IMG/VR virus record: IMGVR_UViG_3300032287_003731 | Coordinates: 1-64,000 of that record | Reading direction: 5' to 3' (one strand) | Length of the DNA stretch: 64,000 bases | From: a virus | Shown: positions 1 to 7,776 of the stretch, piece by piece | How the letters are laid out: every line of letters begins with the position of its first letter | Numbering within the stretch: the stretch's first letter is position 1 | Notes under the pieces: generated by a model | What the model was told of the DNA's origin: nothing | What the model saw: only the letters and a program-made list of their open reading frames with translations | Database searches by the model: none | Position numbers and translations under genes: made by a program

Positions 1-1308
1 AAAATCAACTCCATCAACTTTAGCTTGACTAATAGCTGTTCTAGCATGCAATAAAGCAATACCAGCTCCTGGTAAGATACCTTCTTCGAGTGCAGCTTTA
101 GTTGCTTGGAGCGCATCGTCAATGCGATCTTTTTTCTCTTTCATTTCAATTTCAGTACCTCCACCTACATTGATAATAGCTACACCACCAACCATTTTGG
201 CAAGACGATCTTGCAAACGTTCAACTTCATAAGGTGAATTAGAACTATCAATTTGTGATTTTAATTCACTAATACGAACATCAATTTTATCAACATCGCC
301 TTTACCATCTACAATAGTAGTAGTATCTTTACCTACAGTAACAGTTCTAGCTTTACCAAACCATTCCATATTGAAACGTTCCAATTTCATACCTTTTTGA
401 GGTGAAATTACAGTACCACCAGTTACAACAGCAATATCTTCTAAAATTAATGTTCTACGTTCACCAAAGTCAGGTGCTTTAACAGCTACTACTTTCAATA
501 TACCTCTCATTTTATTTACAATGAGTGTTGAAAGTGCTTCACCATCAATATCTTCAGCAATAATAAGCAATGCTTTATTTTCTTGTGATACACGTTCAAG
601 AATAGGTAATAGATCTTTTATAGCACTTAAACGACCATCAAACAATAAAATCAAAGCATCATTAAGAATAGCCTGCATTGAATTATTATCCGTAACCATG
701 TATGGTGACTTATAACCACGATCAAATTGAAGACCTTCTACTACTTCAAGCGATGTTTCACCCGAACGAGATTCTTCTACTGTTACTACTCCATCTCTTC
801 CTACTTTATCAATAGCAGTAGCTACTAGCTCACCTATTTCTTCATCACCATTAGCTGATAATGTAGCAATTTGTTTAATTTGCTTTTCATCATTAATATC
901 TACTGATATTTTTTTCAATTCAGCTACTACTGTTTTAACTGCTTCTTCAATACCACGTTTTACCTGAGTAGCATTTGTTGAAGGATAAGATGTTGCTTCA
1001 ATTGCTTGAGATGCAATTGAATGTGCTAATACTGTTGAAGTAGTTGTACCATCTCCTGCAGCGTCTACAGTTTTTTGAGCTGCTTGTTTAATTACAGTAG
1101 CGCCCATATTTTCAATTGGGTCTTCCAATGTGATTGTCTTGGAAACACTAACGCCATCTTTAGTTGATACTACTTGTCCATGCTCTTTCTCAATCAATAC
1201 ATTACGTCCAAAAGGACCCATTGTAACTGAAACTGCATTATTGACTTTATCAATACCTGCTTGTAGTTTTTCTTTTGCTTCCCTATCAAATTTAATTATT
1301 TTACTCAT
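1..1308 (-). CDS. groEL: Chaperonin GroEL (3' end runs off the window; missing from ORF track)
   Basis: Manual translation from ATG at 1308 gives MSKIIKFDREAKEKLQAGIDKVNNAVSVTMGPFGRNVLIEK...TKDGVSVSK...AGDGTTTSTVLA...KAPDFGERR...GGVAIINVGGGTEIEMKEKKDRIDDALQATKAALEEGILPGAG, all GroEL motifs. Confidence 0.97.
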   Translation of the reverse strand, partial: MSKIIKFDREAKEKLQAGIDKVNNAVSVTMGPFGRNVLIEKEHGQVVSTKDGVSVSKTITLEDPIENMGATVIKQAAQKTVDAAGDGTTTSTVLAHSIASQAIEATSYPSTNATQVKRGIEEAVKTVVAELKKISVDINDEKQIKQIATLSANGDEEIGELVATAIDKVGRDGVVTVEESRSGETSLEVVEGLQFDRGYKSPYMVTDNNSMQAILNDALILLFDGRLSAIKDLLPILERVSQENKALLIIAEDIDGEALSTLIVNKMRGILKVVAVKAPDFGERRTLILEDIAVVTGGTVISPQKGMKLERFNMEWFGKARTVTVGKDTTTIVDGKGDVDKIDVRISELKSQIDSSNSPYEVERLQDRLAKMVGGVAIINVGGGTEIEMKEKKDRIDDALQATKAALEEGILPGAGIALLHARTAISQAKVDGVDF

Positions 1309-1313
1309 TTATA

Positions 1314-1604
1314 TTATTTTTCTAAAATTGCAATTAAATCTTGTTCTTTACAAACAACATACTCTTCACCTTCAACAGTGATTTTTTGTCCACCAAATGC
1401 AGGAAATATTACAGTCTGACCCACTTCTACAGTGTTTGGAATTAAAGTTCCAGTTAAATTAATTAATCCAGGTCCCGAAGCTATTACTTCACCCATAAGT
1501 GGTTTTTCTTTCCCCATATCAGGTACTACAATGTTTCCATACATTGTTTCAGTTTCATCTTGTTGTTTAATCACGACGTGATTATGTAATGGTTTTATTT
1601 TCAT
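1314..1604 (-). CDS. groES: Co-chaperonin GroES (likely start MKIKPLHN at 1604, ATGA overlap with upstream ORF)
   Basis: MKIKPLHNHVVIK...GNIVVPD..KEKP..GEVIASGPG; directly upstream of groEL. Confidence 0.95.
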   Translation of the reverse strand: MKIKPLHNHVVIKQQDETETMYGNIVVPDMGKEKPLMGEVIASGPGLINLTGTLIPNTVEVGQTVIFPAFGGQKITVEGEEYVVCKEQDLIAILEK

Positions 1605-1828
1605 AATTTTTCTATTTCTTGTTTTACTTCTTTCCAATAATTAAAATCCCATCCTCCACCGTTTTTGTCAAGCGCATCCATTATTTGATCAACTGCTTTT
1701 AGTGCACACTCCTTTGCATATTGATTTCTATACATAGATTTGAATTCACCTGTTTCTACATCCATTAATACACCCGTTGAGAATCCCATATCACTAATAA
1801 GTTCTTTTGCTTTTTCTTTCGGTGTCAT
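1601..1828 (-). CDS. Hypothetical phage protein (MTPKEKAKEL type)
   Basis: 75-aa ORF with its own host-type promoter; stop overlaps the groES start. Confidence 0.7.
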   Translation of the reverse strand: MTPKEKAKELISDMGFSTGVLMDVETGEFKSMYRNQYAKECALKAVDQIMDALDKNGGGWDFNYWKEVKQEIEKL

Positions 1829-1842
1829 AACATTATTTTAAT

Positions 1843-1873
1843 TAAAGATACTGACAGGTCTCTTAAATTCAAA
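1843..1873 (-). promoter_or_regulatory. Bacteroidota sigma-A-type promoter
   Basis: Coding strand TTTG-N19-TATCTTTA upstream of ORF 1828. Confidence 0.6.
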
Positions 1874-2513
1874 ACTTATTTAATTGTAACTTTTGTTGGT
1901 TTATTTTCCTTTGCAAATGGAATATTCAAAGTCAATAATCCTTTTTCCAATTTAGCTTCTAGCTCTTGGAGATTATATTTACTTGAAATTTTCCAAGCAA
2001 GATCAAAACTTGATTTTTTAATTGTGCGCAATAGATATCTATACTCATTCTTTTCTGCTTCCTCCTCCTTATCACTTTTACGATAAGCAACACGAAGTGT
2101 TTCTGAGTCAACAATAATGTCAATATCTGATTTTTCAAGACCTACTGCTGCGAGTTCAATACGTAAACCATTATCTGTTTCTTGGATATCGCAAGGAATT
2201 CCTGCTACTTTTTCTTTGATTGGTTTGTAACCATCATTTGAAAAAAATGATTTCCAAAGAAGATCAAATTCTTCATCAAATTTCCAAAAATCATTATACG
2301 TGGGGTAATTAGTAAAGGTATTAGATGTTACATAACCTCCTGTTGTTGTTCCTGTTGTGATGTAATTACCTCCTGTTAATGTAAATCCTCCTGTTGTTGT
2401 TCCGTTCGTTACTACGAACACGTCTGTAGTTTTACTCATTTTGTTTTTATTTGTGCTCCCCTAAGGTGAGCGGGTTAATTAATAATTCGTAACGTGAGAC
2501 CTGTCAAGTATCT
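1846..2513. repeat. 17-bp inverted repeat pair flanking hsp20
   Basis: agatactgacaggtctc (1846-1862) is the reverse complement of gagacctgtca(a)gtatct (2496-2513), with one bulged base. Confidence 0.85.
1876..2439 (-). CDS. Small heat-shock protein (Hsp20/IbpA family) with Gly/Thr-rich N-terminal extension
   Basis: Alpha-crystallin motifs: CDIQET..GLRIELAAVGLEKSDIDI...AKLEKGLLTLNIP. Confidence 0.92.
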   Translation of the reverse strand: MSKTTDVFVVTNGTTTGGFTLTGGNYITTGTTTGGYVTSNTFTNYPTYNDFWKFDEEFDLLWKSFFSNDGYKPIKEKVAGIPCDIQETDNGLRIELAAVGLEKSDIDIIVDSETLRVAYRKSDKEEEAEKNEYRYLLRTIKKSSFDLAWKISSKYNLQELEAKLEKGLLTLNIPFAKENKPTKVTIK

Positions 2514-2518
2514 CGTAT

Positions 2519-2526
2519 ATAAATAT
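2519..2526 (-). promoter_or_regulatory. Putative phage late promoter ATATTTAT (1 of 15 copies)
   Basis: Other copies at 5164, 9906, 17995, 23179, 31359, 34519, 35562, 36145, 36906, 38725, 39757, 46109, 54534 and 60491, each just upstream of or overlapping a gene start. Confidence 0.7.
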
Positions 2527-3257
2527 TATTCCTTTGGGGGAAGATAATATGTGCTTTTAATATTTTTTTCGTCTATGAATTCTAATTTTAGAATTCCATT
2601 CTCATCAAACCAACCACGACCTGTTGCTCCTTTATTTTCAATAAATATTTCTTGAATATAGTTAGCATTATATATAAATGCGGAAGACGGTAATGTCATT
2701 TCACTAGCTAACGTATAGAAGTCAATTTTATCATCATGTGATGTTTTACCACCTAAAGTAAAGTAAATATTTTTTTCTTGTTCTTCACTATATGCGGCTT
2801 GAATTTTAACTTCATCACTACCTAATGCTTTTTTAGCTCTAATATAACGATCAGTTAGTTCTTTATCAATATCAAATGAGTAATCAAATGTAACTTGACT
2901 TTCATCTAATACCATCGTTTCAATAGGTATCATTCTTAGATCAGCAAGATGATAAGTTAAGTCATATTCATTATCTGCTATTAGTAACTTAGTAGTAATA
3001 TTATTATGCGTTTCAATATTTAATGCTATAAATTGATTTGTAATACCTACTAATTTGAGTAATTTATTTGTGTCATATATCCCTAAAACACAATCATTAA
3101 TTTCAAATCCAGGAGCTTCTACTACACCACATAAATCCATTGTAGGTGAAGTAAATTGTATTTGTACTTTTTCATCTTTAATTATCCATTTTACTTTTTC
3201 ATGTATTCCATTTAGGTAATACTTTTCAATAACGGATAGTAATAATTGTTTTTCCAT
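2526..3257 (-). CDS. Probable DNA polymerase sliding clamp (gp45-like)
   Basis: Acidic 243-aa protein with predicted beta-rich pattern and clamp-like size, immediately downstream of polB; C-terminal STYYL pattern. Confidence 0.65.
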   Translation of the reverse strand: MEKQLLLSVIEKYYLNGIHEKVKWIIKDEKVQIQFTSPTMDLCGVVEAPGFEINDCVLGIYDTNKLLKLVGITNQFIALNIETHNNITTKLLIADNEYDLTYHLADLRMIPIETMVLDESQVTFDYSFDIDKELTDRYIRAKKALGSDEVKIQAAYSEEQEKNIYFTLGGKTSHDDKIDFYTLASEMTLPSSAFIYNANYIQEIFIENKGATGRGWFDENGILKLEFIDEKNIKSTYYLPPKE

Positions 3258-3261
3258 AACT

Positions 3262-3293
3262 TAAATTTAATATATCTGTTTTGCCTAAACAAA
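3262..3293 (-). promoter_or_regulatory. Bacteroidota sigma-A-type promoter, near-leaderless
   Basis: TTTG-N20-TAAATTTA, then AGTT and ATG. Confidence 0.65.
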
Positions 3294-4178
3294 CTTAAAG
3301 AATTTATTTACTTTATCATTCAAACTAGGAAATGACCAACCTAAGTCTTTATAAATACTTTTTAATTTATTTAATAATGTTGATTCGAATCCTTCATCTC
3401 TATCAGCAAACTTATCAATTAGTTCAACAATAAAATCCGGATCATTGCCTGTAAATCCAATTACATCAATTTCATATGGATTTGTTTTAAGTTGAATATA
3501 TTTCATCTTATCACCCGCTGTAAATAATGGATATTGTTTATGTACTTTTTTAAATTTAAGTAAGTCGTTGTAATATATAGCGGCTTTAGTATTAATAGGA
3601 CATTTTGATTTTAATGTTGAGAATATTTCACCAGCTTTAGGAGCACGTTCAACGTATGATTCAATTTGTTTTACTCCTGTAGGTTTAGCTATTTCTTCAA
3701 TAGGCATTGTTTTAACATATTTTTTAAAATCGATTATTTTTTGATCTATTTCTATTTTAGGTTTACCAAACATAATATCTTTAAGTAATCCCTCACCAAA
3801 TTCAGAATATAGAGGTGTCATATTTGATTTCATCAAATCAAGACCCATCATTATCATTTCATCAGCAGTAACACCTTCTTTATTTACAATGTACATTGCA
3901 TAACGACGTTTACCTGCGAAATAACCTCTTTCAATAACTACTTCTTGTTTTAATTCAAAGTAATGGTCTCTATCTTTAATATTAAATGCTTTCTTAGCAA
4001 ATGTACTTATATATTCGTTTGCTACACCCTGCAATTCTGAGGCTATTTCCAAGATAAGGGGCATAACTTTGTTCTTATCATTTAGATCTAAGTCTGGGTA
4101 GCGATGAAGTAGGAGATCTTTAACATGAATAAATAACGAGTCAGTATCGCTAGTTATGATTCTATCTTTATTTTCCAT
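3285..4178 (-). CDS. DNA polymerase family B, C-terminal half (palm motif C and thumb)
   Basis: IITSDTDSLF (motif C), GKRRYA, MGLDLMKS; aromatic C-terminal tail NKFFKFV resembling a clamp-binding peptide. Confidence 0.92.
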   Translation of the reverse strand: MENKDRIITSDTDSLFIHVKDLLLHRYPDLDLNDKNKVMPLILEIASELQGVANEYISTFAKKAFNIKDRDHYFELKQEVVIERGYFAGKRRYAMYIVNKEGVTADEMIMMGLDLMKSNMTPLYSEFGEGLLKDIMFGKPKIEIDQKIIDFKKYVKTMPIEEIAKPTGVKQIESYVERAPKAGEIFSTLKSKCPINTKAAIYYNDLLKFKKVHKQYPLFTAGDKMKYIQLKTNPYEIDVIGFTGNDPDFIVELIDKFADRDEGFESTLLNKLKSIYKDLGWSFPSLNDKVNKFFKFV

Positions 4179-4467
4179 TATTTATTTTTGTAGTTATATT
4201 AATCATATCAGGTAAATCTTTTCCATTACCAGATTCTAGTAATTTAAAATATTTTTTATCTCCAACAATACCATCAACACTCCATTCTGTTTTTATTCCA
4301 TTTTCGTAAATTGGAATTGAATATGTTGAAGATAAGGGTTTAATAAACTCAAATCCTTTCAAATCGTATTTCTTATTAAACATACCTAGGTTTAGTGGAT
4401 TGTTTTTTGAAGGTCCAAATATGGTTGCTTCATTAAATCCAGCTTCATTTATTTTATTATAATTCAT
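4168..4467 (-). CDS. Hypothetical protein between the two polB halves
   Basis: 99-aa ORF whose stop overlaps the start of the polB C-terminal half. Confidence 0.65.
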   Translation of the reverse strand: MNYNKINEAGFNEATIFGPSKNNPLNLGMFNKKYDLKGFEFIKPLSSTYSIPIYENGIKTEWSVDGIVGDKKYFKLLESGNGKDLPDMINITTKINNGK

Positions 4468-4474
4468 AAATTTA

Positions 4475-5149
4475 TTATTTATATTTCCAATAGCTATTTT
4501 TATATATTTTTCCTGTTCGAATAGCTCCTGTTATCCCACCACCTATTTCTTTTCTAATTTTATTTCTAGATTCCCACTCCTTAATTATATTATTTGTTAT
4601 AGGATCTATTTGTAATACTATTTTTTTTCTGTTTACATTTTTAAGATATGAATCTTTTAGTGCTCCATACATTTTTCCTTTTTTTCCACTAGGTTTATCT
4701 TTTTTTGCTTTACTTATGTTCTCTCCTCCCTGATGTTTTTTTCTTAATTTATTTCCAAAGTCAGGTGGTTTTATTTTATTTTTTAAATTAGGTTTGCCTT
4801 TTTTTAATGTTGACAGTAAATCTCCAAATCCTTCTGGTTTAAAGCGTCCTTTCATTTTTTCGGATTGCTTTTGTTTTGATTCATCAGTATGATATTCAGG
4901 TCCACTTCCTCCTTTTTTACGTTTATTTACAACATTATACCCTAAATTAATATAATATTGTATCCATTTTGTTTCAAGCGGTTCCCATTGGTTTCTATCT
5001 AAAGATTTTACTTCATCTATAATATTATATTTTATGTTATCCCCAAATGTCTTTTTATGATTATACTCTCTACTATTTTTAGTTTTACCTATATATACTT
5101 TATTAGGATTGTTATCTATGTTTGTAACAATATATATTTTAGTTTTCAT
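4475..5149 (-). mobile_element. Free-standing GIY-YIG homing endonuclease with NUMOD-like basic repeats (likely start MKTKIY at 5149)
   Basis: KIYIVTN...VYIGKT...R...H...E..W...N catalytic pattern; HTDESKQKQSE and KPEGFG repeats. Confidence 0.85.
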
Positions 5150-5188
5150 AATTATTATTTCCAATAAATATATGAAAGAGACAAGTAA

Positions 5189-6916
5189 CTACATAGTCTT
5201 TTTCTTATTTCCACATCCTTTAGGGGTATTATTTATTTCATTATTAATATAATCATTCATATTTTTAATACTTTCCTGCAATAATCGTTGACCAGTTAAT
5301 GTAATAGCTTTAGATATCATTTTATGGCCGTCAGTATAACGCCAGCCATTAATTGCATAACAGCCATATACGTCATTTAACTTAATTTTATATGCGTGTT
5401 GTCTATGATTATAAAACTCACCTTTAACAGTATCACCTGATTTGTATGCTTTTTTCATTAAGTTTTTATATTCAACTCGCTTATTAAACCAATCAGTTAG
5501 TACTTCACATACTACTGATGATTTATCAGTTCTAAACATAGCACCAGATGCTGCTATCATCCATTTATTATCTTCAATTAAACCAATTAATACCCCTACT
5601 TTTACTTGTGCTTGTTGAGTTGTACGCTTTTCATTCAATCGCTCAATAGTGATTATTTGTTCAGGATCCATTCGTTTTAGATCATTTAATGTCCAATTAT
5701 TATCGTATTTATTTTTGTTTATAATACGACCAACAAACGTTTCAATACCTATATTAAGCGAACGAATAATAGATGGATATAGTGATGTGAAATCTAAATC
5801 AATAACCCACTCATATAATCCAGGTATTGGATCTTTTAAATAACCACCTGCGTATTCTTCTTCAAGCTGTTTAAGTGCAGGATTAGTAGTTGTAGGTTTA
5901 TTAGGTGAAACTATACCTTGACGTTTTAGGTAAGTCAATATAGCGCCGTCGTTTAGTACAGTTGATAAATAGATCATTTCATAAGGCACATGACATAGAT
6001 GACAAATTGCAACCGTTAGTTCAATGAATTTAAATTTCTTTTCTAATTCAATAATAATTTCTACGTCACGTAAGTTGTATTCAACGTATTTATTTACATC
6101 TTCTTTGAACAATCTATCTAAACTGCCTTCATAATCTACTTTACCTAAATTAACATATTTTACTCCTATATCGTTTAGTTTATATGATGGTTCTTGCTTC
6201 ATAACATACTTCTTATGAAGTAACATATAATCTAAATGATTAATACCTGCTATTTCAATTGGTTGAGATGTATCCCACTCAGTAAATTTAAACTTACGGA
6301 TTGGGGATAAACGAGCTGCTTCATCAGCTCCTAATACATTATTTAGTCTATAATATAGATAAGGAACGTCAAAGAAACCACTATTCCATCCTGTAATAAT
6401 AGTCGGATCTACTGTTTTCCATAATTCAAGAAATAATAATAGTAATTCTTCTTCATTAGCACAAGGTACTACTTGTTTATTTTCTTCATTTATAGATTGT
6501 AATTGATTTTTTTCATCTAATATTAAGCAATAATATTTTTTACCTGTAGCATCATACAATGAAATTGAAGTTATTTTCATTGGTGCTGATTTAATATATT
6601 CAGTAGTTAGAGCACCACCAATTTCACACTCAATATCAAAGTAAATTATATTATGCCACTCAGGAGTATCATCACTATCTTTATATTTATCAATTAATAT
6701 AGCAGTAAGTCGATCGATATCTGCTTCATATAAATGATTATCAGTCCATTTATATTTAGTAGTTAATTTAGCTCGCTTACCATCTAGTGTTTGGTATTGA
6801 CCATTATCGTCTATTTGAAAGCGAGGTACTGTATATTGAAATTCAGTCCATCCTTGATTATCATCACGTAGATGATAACTATACGATTTATTGTCGTAGA
6901 ATATTGCTTGATACAT
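5189..6916 (-). CDS. DNA polymerase family B, N-terminal half (3'-5' exonuclease plus motifs A and B)
   Basis: ExoI FDIE, ExoII GWNSGFFD, ExoIII YNLRDV; motif A DLDFTSLYPSII; motif B KIKLNDVYG; ends after ITLTGQ and before motif C. Confidence 0.95.
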   Translation of the reverse strand: MYQAIFYDNKSYSYHLRDDNQGWTEFQYTVPRFQIDDNGQYQTLDGKRAKLTTKYKWTDNHLYEADIDRLTAILIDKYKDSDDTPEWHNIIYFDIECEIGGALTTEYIKSAPMKITSISLYDATGKKYYCLILDEKNQLQSINEENKQVVPCANEEELLLLFLELWKTVDPTIITGWNSGFFDVPYLYYRLNNVLGADEAARLSPIRKFKFTEWDTSQPIEIAGINHLDYMLLHKKYVMKQEPSYKLNDIGVKYVNLGKVDYEGSLDRLFKEDVNKYVEYNLRDVEIIIELEKKFKFIELTVAICHLCHVPYEMIYLSTVLNDGAILTYLKRQGIVSPNKPTTTNPALKQLEEEYAGGYLKDPIPGLYEWVIDLDFTSLYPSIIRSLNIGIETFVGRIINKNKYDNNWTLNDLKRMDPEQIITIERLNEKRTTQQAQVKVGVLIGLIEDNKWMIAASGAMFRTDKSSVVCEVLTDWFNKRVEYKNLMKKAYKSGDTVKGEFYNHRQHAYKIKLNDVYGCYAINGWRYTDGHKMISKAITLTGQRLLQESIKNMNDYINNEINNTPKGCGNKKKTM

Positions 6917-6920
6917 AACT

Positions 6921-6944
6921 TAAAGATATAACCTTTATTTTGCC
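6921..6944 (-). promoter_or_regulatory. Host-type promoter (-7 box TATCTTTA with upstream GGCAAAA), near-leaderless
   Basis: GGCAAAA-N9-TATCTTTA-AGTT-ATG, same layout as the clamp promoter; no TTTG at 19-20 nt spacing. Confidence 0.55.
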
Positions 6945-6972
6945 AAAAATTAAAATTATCTATATTATGATA

Positions 6973-7776
6973 TTACTTATAGATATTTAATTCTATTTCT
7001 TCAGGAGTATAATTATAGAAATGTTTATAACTATGTAAGAAAGCAACATCGGGTTGTTCTTCTATTGGAATACTCCATCCTGTTTTATCCCACCAATTAC
7101 CTATATTTTTAGAATCATATTGAGCCCAATCTTCCCACACTCCACTAGTACAACCATTAAACTGAAAGATAAAAGATAAAGTAGCATCACACCATTCAAT
7201 TGGTCTGCTATCTAATACTTTAATTTTATCCCAAGGAATATTATTTATATTTTCATAAATTTTAATAAATTTTTCTCTATTGAATATAGCACCTCCACAC
7301 GCTCCATAACTTTCTAAAGAACCTAATTTACTCCAGTGGTTTCTAGAATGATCAGTTATATTAAATTTATTTTTAAGATAACTATATAATTCAGGAGTAT
7401 ATAAAGGACCATTTGCTCCTGAAATATCAAACTGAGGAGGTTTAATTATTTGTCTTTTACACCATACATCGTCTTCATAGTGTAAAATCCAATCAACATC
7501 TTTTAAAACAGTAGTGCATGCTTTATATATTCTTTCTAACCAATCTAATTGACCGTTTTCTTTAATGAATACTCTTCCTGAATGAGGATTATTAATTCCA
7601 GTTTGTTCTAAGTGTTCATAATAACAATTAAATTTTTCTGCTACTTTTTCTAATATGTTACTTCCATCTTCGTATAACATTGCTGGAATATCAGGATAGA
7701 TTTTTCTAAGTTGTTCTAAAGCTTTATAGCATGCTACTAATTTATGTCCTGATTGGTAAAAAACTCCTAGTTTCAT
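6973..7776 (-). CDS. Putative GT-A fold glycosyltransferase
   Basis: N-terminal nucleotide-binding-like segment, WILHYEDDV (DxD-like), GGAIFN, WCDATLS, C-terminal FLHSYK. Confidence 0.65.
   Translation of the reverse strand: MKLGVFYQSGHKLVACYKALEQLRKIYPDIPAMLYEDGSNILEKVAEKFNCYYEHLEQTGINNPHSGRVFIKENGQLDWLERIYKACTTVLKDVDWILHYEDDVWCKRQIIKPPQFDISGANGPLYTPELYSYLKNKFNITDHSRNHWSKLGSLESYGACGGAIFNREKFIKIYENINNIPWDKIKVLDSRPIEWCDATLSFIFQFNGCTSGVWEDWAQYDSKNIGNWWDKTGWSIPIEEQPDVAFLHSYKHFYNYTPEEIELNIYK

Noticed and set aside
2440-2525. CIRCE operator upstream of the chaperone genes
   Set aside because: No TTAGCACTC-N9-GAGTGCTAA match is present; the hairpins here are unrelated.
5164-5191. TAG recoding: the polB N-half TAG is in frame with the downstream endonuclease ORF
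   Set aside because: Genes are full length under the standard code, and TAG ends proteins at natural termini (e.g. polB C-half, tail sheath-adjacent small ORF). An in-frame junction has a 1-in-3 chance, and read-through would not restore the polymerase.
4178-5230. Group I intron or split intein in polB
   Set aside because: There is no non-coding space for a ribozyme core and no intein N- or C-terminal signature residues. RT-PCR would be needed to exclude splicing formally.
4177-5238. 11-bp direct repeat (attatttattt at 4177-4187 and 5228-5238) as a target-site duplication or ribosome-hop site
   Set aside because: It is pure A/T in an AT-rich genome, and joining at the repeat does not put the two halves in frame.
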